A stretch of 32,000 nucleotides of DNA from Micrococcus luteus NCTC 2665 (GTDB lineage Bacteria > Actinomycetota > Actinomycetes > Actinomycetales > Micrococcaceae), in contig NC_012803.1 of assembly GCF_000023205.1 (NCBI RefSeq), positions 30,001 through 62,000 of the forward strand, written 5' to 3'. This document shows positions 1 to 7,813 of the stretch, piece by piece. The translations under genes and the position numbers were made by a program. The notes under the pieces are model-generated. The model was not told the origin of the DNA. It did not search any database and saw nothing but the letters and a program-made list of their open reading frames with translations. The stretch's first letter is position 1, and each line of letters begins with the position of its first letter.

Positions 1-589
1 GCGTCGGGCGCGGGTCAAGGAAGTCCCGCAACCGGTCCGAATCCAGCGTCGCCGAGGGGCCGGTGTTGATCTGCCGCACCCGGTAGCCGACAGCTCCACC
101 GTTGATGGACACCATCGAGGGTGGGAGGAGGATGTAGCCGCCACCGCCACGGAAGTCCACACCGGCACGCGCGGCCTGCCAGGACCGCTGCGCCCGGTCA
201 GGTGTCGCCGGGTAGTAGGCGTGCATCCCACCCGACGGCGTGGACACCAGGAACGCCCACCCCGACACGAGGCCGGCACGGTGGGCGCGCTCGAACGCCT
301 CGTACCCGTCGGTGGGGGCGTGGACATCGACGTCCACCACCACCATCCCGGAGGCGGCGCCGGTGGGGACAGCGAGGTTCGCATCCGGGTGCGTCCGCCA
401 CCAGGCCTCCACCTGGCCAGGATCGGTGGTGGCGTCGTGGAAGCCATGCTCGGTGAGCGGACGCTTCCCGCCCGGCACGCACGGGAACACCGGCACGCCT
501 GCGGCGGCGAGTTCTCGTGCTGCGGCGGAGGCCGGCCATGGCCCGGTCATCTGCGACAGCACACCCGCGAGCGCGTCCGTAGCGGCCAT
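1..589 (-). CDS. Bifunctional DNA primase/polymerase (Prim-Pol) domain protein, N-terminal part; the gene runs off the left edge
   Basis: Absent from the ORF track because it has no stop inside the window. My translation of the minus strand from the ATG at 589-587 gives MAATDALAGVLSQMTGPWPASAAARELAAAGVPVFPCVPGGKRPLTEHGFHDATTDPGQVEAWWRTHPDANLAVPTGAASGMVVVDVDVH...GMHAYYP...VDFRGGGGYILLPPS. This fits the Prim-Pol N-terminal domain pattern. GC3 is high. Its ATG overlaps the TGA (591-589) of the upstream ArdC-like gene (ATGA). Confidence 0.7.
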   Translation of the reverse strand, partial: MAATDALAGVLSQMTGPWPASAAARELAAAGVPVFPCVPGGKRPLTEHGFHDATTDPGQVEAWWRTHPDANLAVPTGAASGMVVVDVDVHAPTDGYEAFERAHRAGLVSGWAFLVSTPSGGMHAYYPATPDRAQRSWQAARAGVDFRGGGGYILLPPSMVSINGGAVGYRVRQINTGPSATLDSDRLRDFLDPRPT

Positions 590-943
590 CACAGATCCCG
601 TCCCTGCATCACGGCCGCGCTGGCCACCGGTCGGGGACCCGTTTCGGGCACAGCCTCGACCTGCCTGCCCGACGCTGCGCGTTCGGGTGCTGAGCGCTCA
701 TGGGATGGCTGGTTGCGCTGCGGCGTCTCACGGTCGAGCCCCGGTGGAGTGCCGTCACCGACCTGGGCGGTGTCGAGCTGATCGAGGATCGTCAGCGCCG
801 TCTTGCGGACCCGCTCGCCGGTGGCCTTGACGATCTCGACCGGTTCCTTGCCGTCCACCCGCGCCGCCCAGGTCGACACGTACGGGATCGTGTACCCGGT
901 CGTGTCCATGTGATGGGCGGCACCGATCATCAGCGCCACCGAT
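589..943 (-). pseudogene. 3' fragment of the ArdC-like gene, separated from its 5' part by IS256 copy 1
   Basis: The tail of track ORF 589..2328(-) reads ...ALMIGAAHHMDTTGYTIPYVSTWAARVDGKEPVEIVKATGERVRKTALTILDQLDT... It continues the frame of 2369..3143(-) exactly once the IS and one copy of the 8-bp duplication are removed (…GEVEAESV|ALMIGAAHH…). Confidence 0.8.
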
Positions 944-2368
944 AGTTGAGTCCCGCATAGTGGTGTAGCGCACGGTGACTGGGCACGTCGTTCCGGATGT
1001 GGACGCGGCCACCGTGTGATCCTTCGAGTCAACCTTCCACAGAATCCTCGAACGGAGTCATCACGATGACCGCTCCTCATATTGTCGACCCTGCCGGCCT
1101 GCTCGGCGAAGCCCTGTCCGAAGCATCCCCGGATTTGATGCGTTCGTTGCTGCAGACCGTGATCAACTCCCTGCTCTCCGCTGACGCCGACGCGGTGGTC
1201 GGCGCCGAATGGGGTAAACCCACCCCGGGCCGAGCTACCCAGCGCAACGGGTACCGGCACCGGGACCTGGACACCCGGGTCGGGACCCTGGACGTGGCGA
1301 TCCCCAAACTCAGGTCGGGCACGTACTTCCCGGAGTGGCTGCTCGAGCGCCGCAAAAGGGCCGAATCCGCGCTGATCACGGTGGTCGCCGACTGCTACCT
1401 GGCCGGGGTCTCGACCCGGCGGATGGACAAACTGGTCAAGACCCTCGGGATCAACGCGCTGTCGAAGTCCCAGGTCTCGCGGATGGCCACCGAGCTGGAC
1501 GAGCAGGTCGAGTCCTTCCGTCATCGCCCGCTCGGGGAGGCTGGGCCGTTCACGTTCGTGGCCGCCGACGCGCTGAGCATGAAGGTCCGCGAGGGCGGCC
1601 GGGTGGTCAACGCCGTGGTGCTGCTGGCCACCGGGGTCAATGGTGACGGCCACCGCGAGGTCCTCGGCCTGCGGGTGGCCACCTCGGAGACGGGGTCGGC
1701 GTGGAACGAGTTCTTCGCCGACCTGGTGGCCCGGGGCCTGACCGGAGTCCGCCTGGTCACTTCCGACGCCCACACCGGGCTCAAGGACGCCATCGCCGCG
1801 AACCTGCCCGGAGCGACCTGGCAGCGGTGCCGGACCCACTACGCGGCGAACCTGATGGGCATCACCCCCAAGTCCATGTGGCCGGCCGTGAAGGCCATGC
1901 TGCACTCGGTGTATGACCAGCCCGACGCCGCCAGCGTGGACGCCCAGTTCGACCGGCTGCTGGACTACGTCAGCGAAAAGCTGCCCGCGGTGGCCGAACA
2001 CCTCGATGGTGCCCGGGCGGACATCCTGGCGTTCACCACGTTCCCCAAGGACGTGTGGACCCAGATCTGGTCGAACAACCCGGCCGAACGGCTCAACCGC
2101 GAGATCCGGCGTCGCACCGACGCCGTGGGCATCTTCCCGAACCGGGCAGCGATCGTGCGCCTGGTCGGGGCGGTGCTGGCTGAGCAGACCGATGAGTGGG
2201 CCGAGGGCCGCCGCTACCTCGGCCTCGAGGTGTTGGCCCGCTGCCGCCTCACCACCGTGGACGACACCGGGAACGAGGTGAACGCCGAACCGGAAACCAC
2301 CCTCGAACTCAGCGCCTAACAGCACCAATGGAGGATCAGAGCGTTACACCACTACTCGGGACTTGACC
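944..2368 (+). mobile_element. IS256-family insertion sequence, copy 1 (1425 bp)
   Basis: Imperfect terminal inverted repeats: AGTTGAGTCCCGCATAGTGGTGTAGCGC at the left end, and the reverse complement of the right end GGTCAAGTCCCGAGTAGTGGTGTAACGC. The 8-bp target duplication CCACCGAT lies at 936-943 and 2369-2376. One transposase ORF. Confidence 0.92.
1066..2319 (+). CDS. IS256-family (Mutator-type) transposase, 417 aa
   Basis: MTAPHIVDPAGLLGEAL...TWQRCRTHYAANLM...NPAERLNREIRRRT is a typical IS256/Transposase_mut pattern. I take the start as ATG 1066 because copy 2 has ACG instead of the upstream ATG (997 in copy 1) yet keeps this start. Confidence 0.93.
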   Translation: MTAPHIVDPAGLLGEALSEASPDLMRSLLQTVINSLLSADADAVVGAEWGKPTPGRATQRNGYRHRDLDTRVGTLDVAIPKLRSGTYFPEWLLERRKRAESALITVVADCYLAGVSTRRMDKLVKTLGINALSKSQVSRMATELDEQVESFRHRPLGEAGPFTFVAADALSMKVREGGRVVNAVVLLATGVNGDGHREVLGLRVATSETGSAWNEFFADLVARGLTGVRLVTSDAHTGLKDAIAANLPGATWQRCRTHYAANLMGITPKSMWPAVKAMLHSVYDQPDAASVDAQFDRLLDYVSEKLPAVAEHLDGARADILAFTTFPKDVWTQIWSNNPAERLNREIRRRTDAVGIFPNRAAIVRLVGAVLAEQTDEWAEGRRYLGLEVLARCRLTTVDDTGNEVNAEPETTLELSA

Positions 2369-3143
2369 CCACCGATTCGGCCTCCACCTCCCCGATGCCG
2401 CGATGCTGGCGGGCGTCCTCCTGGTCGGGGCCGTGCATCAGGACGTGCCCGAGTTCGTGGGCGAGCGTCTTGACCTGAGCGGCGGGGGCCATGTTCTCCC
2501 GGACCGCGACCGTCTTCGCGGTGTAGTCCGTCATGCCGTTGGCGCCGTGGATCATGCCCTCGTGCGGCACCCGCACCACAGTGAACCCGCGATCCTCAAC
2601 CAGCTTGGCCAGACCATTCCACAACCCGACCGGTGCTTCGCCTTCCAGCAGCTTCGGTGCCGGCGGTTCCGGGATCGGGTCACCGGCAGTCTGCGAGGCG
2701 TCCCACACGTAGGCGGGCTTGGCGGTGATCATCTTCGAGCGCACGACCTCACCGGGGCGCGGTTTCTCGCCCTTGCCCAGCCGCCGCCACGACTCCGGGT
2801 CAGCCGGTGTCGCGGTAGCGAAACGGCCGGTGACCGGGGCGAGGATCATGTACCCCGACTGACCCTTCTCCACCTGCCGGCCCAGGGTCTGCCACTGGCG
2901 ATACCCGGCCGCATACGACGGCACCGGCTCCGGCACCCGACCCGCCTCGAAAGCCGCGGCATGCTGTGCCCAGATCAACAGGGTGTTGGAGAACGATCTC
3001 GCCCTGAACCGTGCGGCGAACGCGATCGCCCGGCCCCAGTCGTCGCCGGAGACGAGCTGTTCGACCGCGCCGGTCAGCCGCTCGTGAAGCTCATCGAGCT
3101 TCGCCTCCCGCGCGGCCTGGGTTTCCTCCCGTGTCGTGGCCAT
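2352..3143 (-). pseudogene. ArdC-like protein (N-terminal ssDNA-binding domain plus HExxH zincin), 5' part truncated by IS256 copy 1. Native sequence is 2369..3143; the last codons and the stop are IS-encoded
   Basis: ARSFSNTLLIWAQ...YRQWQTLGRQVEKGQSGYMILAPV matches the ArdC-N pattern. HELGHVLMH is a metalloprotease motif. The frame ends ...EVEAESVG-SSPE* immediately inside the IS. GGAGGAG lies upstream of ATG 3143. Confidence 0.8.
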
Positions 3144-3307
3144 CGTCGCTGTCTCCTCCCGGTACCCTGAACACCGGGCCGATCGGGCTCGGTGACCATC
3201 AGGTGCGCCGGGAACACCAGTGACGAGAGACGGACAACGACGGTGTGACCGTCAGTGCGCGGGGTGAACCCGACGAGTCCTACCGGATTACCAGCCCGTC
3301 ACCGGCG

Positions 3308-3341
3308 GCGGATCGCAGATCGAGCAAAGGTGCCGATCCGC
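3308..3341 (-). terminator. Weak hairpin downstream of the AraC-family gene
   Basis: GCGGATCG (3308-3315) pairs with CGATCCGC (3334-3341): an 8-bp stem with an 18-nt loop, 33 nt beyond the stop at 3374. There is no U-tract. Confidence 0.2.
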
Positions 3342-3373
3342 GTACCGCGGATGCACAGATGCGAATCGACCTC

Positions 3374-4324
3374 TCAGGCCACAGCGTTCTGGCGGCTGAG
3401 GTGGCGGTATCGGGTGGGGGTGATGCCGACGGCCTGGCGGAACAGGCGGGCGGCGTGGCCGCGGCTGTGCCAGCCAACTTCGCGCATCGCCTGCTCGATC
3501 GGCAGGTCGGTCTCGCGCAGCAGGCGAGCCAGATGCTCGGCACGCAGCGTCGCCAGGTAGGTCATCGGGGTCTTGCCGTAGGCATCGACGAAGACCCGCC
3601 CGAGCTGAGAGGGCGACAGGTGCACCGCGGCAGCCAGCTCTCCCAGGGTCCACCGGCGCGCGGGCTCATCGCGCAACAGGTGAGCCGTGTCGCGGGCTTC
3701 AGTCCGCAGCGGTGCCAGGCGCCGGAGGGCAGGTGCGGCGAGGCAGGTGGCCTTGTGCTGGGTCGGGGACTGGCGCGCCGCGGTGGTCGTCACAAACGGA
3801 GAGATCACATCCAAAACGGCGAACAGCAGGGCTTGCATCCGGTAGAACCGCTCTGGTGCGGGCCCGTCGAGGCTGAGCTGACTGAGTTCATCCAGCCACG
3901 GCATCAGGCACCCGGCACGGTCCTCACCGAGTCGAAGCACCTGCGCCGGCTCGGAGTAGCGGGCCGCGATGAAGTCCTTGGCCGCCAGCCGATCAGCCAG
4001 CACCGCGGCGTACTGCCAGAACACTTGGTCCACCACATAGTCCCGATCCAGGTACAGCGTGGTGACCGTGACCCAGTCCTCTGGTTCAGCCCCGCACAGG
4101 GTGTTCGCCGCCAGTAGTACCGCATCCCCGACTTTGACCGGGCGTTCGCCGAATTCGCTGAACAGCCACGCCGACCCCGCCCGCACGAAGATCAGTTTCA
4201 CGCAGTCATAGGCGATCGGCTCACGCCGCCGGTGCAAACACTCCGTCCGCGCCACCACCGGCGTCAATCTGAGGTCAGTCACCGTCTGCGACCGATGCTC
4301 GACGGGACCGCGCCGACCGTCCAC
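3374..4324 (-). CDS. AraC-family transcriptional regulator
   Basis: 316-aa ORF. The C-terminus ...WTLGELAAAVHLSPSQLGRVFVDAYGKTPMTYLATLRAEHLARLLRETDLPIEQAMREVGWHSRGHAARLFRQAVGITPTRYR is the double-HTH AraC domain. Confidence 0.85.
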   Translation of the reverse strand: MDGRRGPVEHRSQTVTDLRLTPVVARTECLHRRREPIAYDCVKLIFVRAGSAWLFSEFGERPVKVGDAVLLAANTLCGAEPEDWVTVTTLYLDRDYVVDQVFWQYAAVLADRLAAKDFIAARYSEPAQVLRLGEDRAGCLMPWLDELSQLSLDGPAPERFYRMQALLFAVLDVISPFVTTTAARQSPTQHKATCLAAPALRRLAPLRTEARDTAHLLRDEPARRWTLGELAAAVHLSPSQLGRVFVDAYGKTPMTYLATLRAEHLARLLRETDLPIEQAMREVGWHSRGHAARLFRQAVGITPTRYRHLSRQNAVA

Positions 4325-4558
4325 GTTCGCATGAGCGGCGTCATACCGGTCGCATCAACGAAAATGCGACCGAGCGGTTGTGCTCGGAGCTTCAGGCAGG
4401 ATGTCTCCTAAGCAAGTGGAGTGTTCGCGGCTCTCGAGGATGAGTGATTCGTCGCTTGCGACGAGTCACACACAGTCGGACATGATCGGCTGCGGTGCCC
4501 TCGTAGCAGCACCGGGTGGGGCTCCGGTGTCGCGGGCATGGAACGCTCACTGGGTTGG

Positions 4559-5776
4559 TCATGGGCTCTCGGGGCGGAGGCCAACGCCGATGATTCGTGC
4601 CACGGTCTTCTGCAGGAATGGCGAGTTTCGAATGATTTTCGCTGCCTTGGGCGTCTTGTAGGTTTCGTCAAGGCTCTTGGGGTACAGGTCAGCGAGTATT
4701 TTCACTTGGCCCGCCTGGATTATCCGCGCGGGCCATTCGCGGCGGCGCTGTACGTGTGCCAGTAGCTGCTCGGAAGGGCTCCCGCCTCGGGCGAGTGTCG
4801 GCGCGAGCATCCGTGCGGCAGCCACGGCATCCTGTATGGCGAGGTTGATGCCCACCCCGCCCGCCGGTGACATGGCGTGGGCGGCGTCGCCGATGCAGAG
4901 CAGTCCGGGACGGTGCCAGCGTCTGAGTCGGTTCACCGAGACGGCCAGCAGTTTCAGGTCATCCCAGGAGGTGATTTCCCCACGGAACCGTTCTGCGAGG
5001 ACAGGGAGCGCCTCGTGCAACCGTTCGGCCACGACGTCGGTGCTCTGTGACCGGAGCACGTCGTAGTCTCCTTTGGGGATGCAGTACGCGATCTGCCAGT
5101 ACGAGCCGCGGTCGACCGAGACGATGGTGAACCCCTTGCCGGTGCTGACAAACGGCACTTGGTCGTCTGGCTGACGGCTGATCCTGAACCACAGCACGTC
5201 CATCGGGGCGTCGCTCTCGGTCGGCGGGAGCCAGGCGCGGGCGCGGACGGTCGAGTGCCGCCCATCAGCGCCGATCACCAGGCGCGCCGAGAGTGTTCTC
5301 TCACCCTCGGGGGTCTTGTACCGGACACCGCGTGCCCGATCACCGTCGACAAGGAGTTCGGTGACCTGCGCTTCACGGATTAGCTCGAATGACGGATACG
5401 CTCGGGCTTCTTCAGCGATGAAGTCGAGGAAATCCCATTGCGGCATGAAGGCGACGTAGTTGTAGGGCTCGGAGAGTCGGGAGAAGTCGGCGAACACGGA
5501 CTCTCCGTCCGGGGCCGCGACGGACACGGTGGACATGCGCCGGTGCGGGATCGCGAGGAAGCGGTCGATGATGCCGAGCCGATCCATCACCCTCATAGTC
5601 GAGGGGTGGATGGTGTCGCCGCGGAAGTCACGGAAGAAGTCGGCGTGTTTCTCCAGGACGGTGACCCTGACACCGCGACGCGCAAGGAGCAGCCCCGCCA
5701 TCATGCCCGCGGGCCCCGCGCCGACAACGACGCAGTCGATGCTCGCCTCGCCTGCATGCTGGTTCGTCATGCTCAT
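4559..5776 (-). CDS. FAD-dependent monooxygenase/oxidoreductase, 405 aa
   Basis: MSMTNQHAGEASIDCVVVGAGPAGMMAGLLLARRGVRVTVLEK (GxGxxG Rossmann fold) ...LLCIGDAAHAMSPAGGVGINLAIQDA (FAD-binding GD motif). Start is ATG 5776, with GGAGG 8 nt upstream. The ATG overlaps the TGA of the upstream gene (ATGA at 5776-5773). Confidence 0.85.
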   Translation of the reverse strand: MSMTNQHAGEASIDCVVVGAGPAGMMAGLLLARRGVRVTVLEKHADFFRDFRGDTIHPSTMRVMDRLGIIDRFLAIPHRRMSTVSVAAPDGESVFADFSRLSEPYNYVAFMPQWDFLDFIAEEARAYPSFELIREAQVTELLVDGDRARGVRYKTPEGERTLSARLVIGADGRHSTVRARAWLPPTESDAPMDVLWFRISRQPDDQVPFVSTGKGFTIVSVDRGSYWQIAYCIPKGDYDVLRSQSTDVVAERLHEALPVLAERFRGEITSWDDLKLLAVSVNRLRRWHRPGLLCIGDAAHAMSPAGGVGINLAIQDAVAAARMLAPTLARGGSPSEQLLAHVQRRREWPARIIQAGQVKILADLYPKSLDETYKTPKAAKIIRNSPFLQKTVARIIGVGLRPESP

Positions 5777-6873
5777 CGGGAACCTCCGGTTCCTGCCTCG
5801 TGGGATGTCGGCTGGGTGCGACGGGAGATGAGCGCGAGCGCGATGCCGATGGCTGCCCAGCACGCCAGCACCCACCACGACACGGCGGCGGACGCTTCGG
5901 GGAAGTAGCCAACGACGCGGGTCAGGGTGCCGGTGGCTCCGGGGATCATCCACTGCCCGACGTAGCCGAGACCCGCAGGTAGGAATGCGTAGGGCACGGC
6001 GAACGCCGCCCACGGCATGGCAGCAAAGAGAGTGATCGCGGCGGCGATGCCGAGCCCGGCGCGACCGAGTGCGGAGTGCAGTCCGACGAACAGGCCGCTG
6101 GTCGCGGTCAGCGACAGTCCAAGGGTTAGCCACATCGCACCGAACGATCCGGGGTACACATCGAGCCAGGTGCCGAGCACGAGGGTGAGCAGCAGCCCGC
6201 CTCCAACGCCGAGGCCGAGGACTGCACTGATGCGCTGCCACCTACCGGTGAGGGTGAACGTGATCACGATGCCCGCGAGCAGCGCCCCGACCGTCATCGG
6301 GATTCCCGCCACGGTCGCGCCGACTCCGTTGGGGTCGCCGGCCGAGTACGGCACCACATCGGTGACCGTGATCTCGGGCAGCGCCTCGGGCGTCTGCGCG
6401 AGAGCGGTGGCAGGATCGACGCCCTGCTCGACCGCGCCCCGGACGCCTTCCGTCACGCCCGCATAGACCTGCGCGTCGAGCATGGCCTGGAGCCCGGAGG
6501 CCAACTCGCTCATGAAAGCGGCGGGCACCTGCCCATTCGCCGAAGCGGTCAGCACCTCGGGGGCATCGTGGGCGAGCACGATCCCGCCGATGAACTCCCG
6601 CGTCAGGATGCCCTCGTGCGCGTCGGCGCGCCCGTCCACCCGCACAAGGTCGACCACCTCGTCCAAGCCCTCTCCCGCACCAGCCATGAACTCGTCCACC
6701 AGTTCGGCATCCCCGGTCACCGCGATCGACAATCCCGTCGCCTCACCGCGCGCCCCCGGCCAAACGAAACTCAACACCAGCAGCGACAGCGCCACAGCCA
6801 CCAGCGCGACGACCCCCGCCACCTGCCCCCACCGGCTCCCCGCCGGCTGAGCCATCTCCTCGTTCTCCATCAT
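5773..6873 (-). CDS. Polytopic integral membrane protein (ABC-2 / YhgE-Pip-like permease type), 366 aa
   Basis: I chose the start at ATGATG 6873 (MMENEEMAQPAG...), with GAGGAGG upstream. There is one N-terminal TM segment, a soluble loop, then about five hydrophobic segments (TVGALLAGIVITF, VLGLGVGGGLLLTLVLG, AMWLTLGLSLTATSGLFVGL, ...). The family assignment is tentative. Confidence 0.6.
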   Translation of the reverse strand: MMENEEMAQPAGSRWGQVAGVVALVAVALSLLVLSFVWPGARGEATGLSIAVTGDAELVDEFMAGAGEGLDEVVDLVRVDGRADAHEGILTREFIGGIVLAHDAPEVLTASANGQVPAAFMSELASGLQAMLDAQVYAGVTEGVRGAVEQGVDPATALAQTPEALPEITVTDVVPYSAGDPNGVGATVAGIPMTVGALLAGIVITFTLTGRWQRISAVLGLGVGGGLLLTLVLGTWLDVYPGSFGAMWLTLGLSLTATSGLFVGLHSALGRAGLGIAAAITLFAAMPWAAFAVPYAFLPAGLGYVGQWMIPGATGTLTRVVGYFPEASAAVSWWVLACWAAIGIALALISRRTQPTSHEAGTGGSR

Positions 6874-6893
6874 GGCAACCTCCTCATATAAAA

Positions 6894-6917
6894 CGAATGA
6901 TCTTTCTCTATCATACG
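6894..6917. promoter_or_regulatory. Candidate TetR operator palindrome in the divergent promoter region
   Basis: CGAATGAT-N8-ATCATACG (7 of 8 positions complementary). It sits in the only AT-rich stretch of the 151-bp gap between the divergent membrane-protein/monooxygenase operon and the TetR gene. Confidence 0.4.
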
Positions 6918-7024
6918 ACATCCTCGACATGGTTCCACCCTGGACCTCGTGATCGAGTGCCGGGGCTTGAGTCGCGCGCGGTAGGCTTAGTGGAAGGTTC
7001 GTTCTAGTTGGTGGAAGGGGGCGC

Positions 7025-7624
7025 ATGCCGAAGGTCAGTGCGGAGCACATGCAGGCCCGGCGGGATCAGATTGGGCGCGCAGCCGTCGAGCAGTTCTCGC
7101 GCCGGGGCATCCACTCCACCTCGATGGCGAACATCATCGAAGCGTCCGGACTGTCGGCGGGTGCGATCTACCGGCACTTCTCGGGGAAAGATGAGATCAT
7201 CGCCTACGTCGCCCGCACCGCCATCGAGAGCGTGTTCACAGGCATCCGCGGACTCCTCGACGCTGAGCCCCTGCCGAGCCCGACCGCGGTGATGACACTC
7301 ATCGCGACGCGCCTGAACGAGTCCGATGTGTCACCCGGGTACATCGTGCAGGTCTGGGGTGAGGCCGCGACCAACCCCACCGTCCGGAGCATCGCGAACG
7401 AGTTCTACGACAGCGCGTTCGACTTCCTACGCGAGTACCTCACCGTCTGGCTCACCACCAGCCAGGGCATCGACCTGCGGGGGGCTCGGGAGCAAGCCGT
7501 ATCACAGGCCCGCCTCATGGTCAGCCTCGTCTACGCTCACATCCTTCAAGACGCCCTTATCGACGGTCACGACAGCCACGCCCTCGCCGACTCCCTCACG
7601 ACGCTCCTACCCGACCAAGCCTGA
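7025..7624 (+). CDS. TetR-family transcriptional regulator
   Basis: 199 aa. The N-terminal HTH is RRDQIGRAAVEQFSRRGIHSTSMANIIEASGLSAGAIYRHFSGKDEI. Confidence 0.88.
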   Translation: MPKVSAEHMQARRDQIGRAAVEQFSRRGIHSTSMANIIEASGLSAGAIYRHFSGKDEIIAYVARTAIESVFTGIRGLLDAEPLPSPTAVMTLIATRLNESDVSPGYIVQVWGEAATNPTVRSIANEFYDSAFDFLREYLTVWLTTSQGIDLRGAREQAVSQARLMVSLVYAHILQDALIDGHDSHALADSLTTLLPDQA

Positions 7625-7813
7625 GCAGAGCCGCGACCGCAGGCTGAATGTACGCGGGGATCACCCGCACGGACGAGGACGACGATGCGACCGTCAGGCG
7701 CGCCGGACTCACCATGCCGGGCTGCCACGCGTCTTGCAGGTCGAGGGAGCCACAGCGGCGGCGCGCTGGTCGTAGGCTGACACTCAACGACGAACGGGCG
7801 CTGAGGAGCGAGA

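Noticed and set aside
121-830. Several 110-196-aa ORFs (three on the plus strand, plus 198..539 on the minus strand) at the left edge.
   Set aside because: Their translations are Arg/Pro-rich. They lie opposite, or out of frame with, the convincing Prim-Pol and ArdC-tail frames on the minus strand.
589-2328. A 579-aa minus-strand ORF. Its twins are 15247..16830 (+) and 16845..18338 (-).
   Set aside because: These are antisense shadows of the IS256 transposase gene in high-GC DNA, with Gly/Arg/Pro-rich low-complexity translation. Only the last ~118 codons of 589..2328 (589-943, outside the IS) are real coding sequence: the ArdC-like tail.
3245-4117. A 290-aa plus-strand ORF.
   Set aside because: It is antisense to the AraC-family gene, whose HTH domain is clear.
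5777-6241. The N-terminal extension of track ORF 4559..6241 (560 aa).
   Set aside because: The extension is Arg-rich and overlaps the membrane-protein gene in another frame. The Rossmann motif follows immediately after MSMTNQ at ATG 5776, which has a GGAGG site upstream.
7618-7645. The hairpin AGCCTG-N16-CAGGCT overlapping the TetR stop codon.
   Set aside because: It has only a 6-bp stem, a large loop and no U-tract, so it is not distinguishable from chance in GC-rich DNA.
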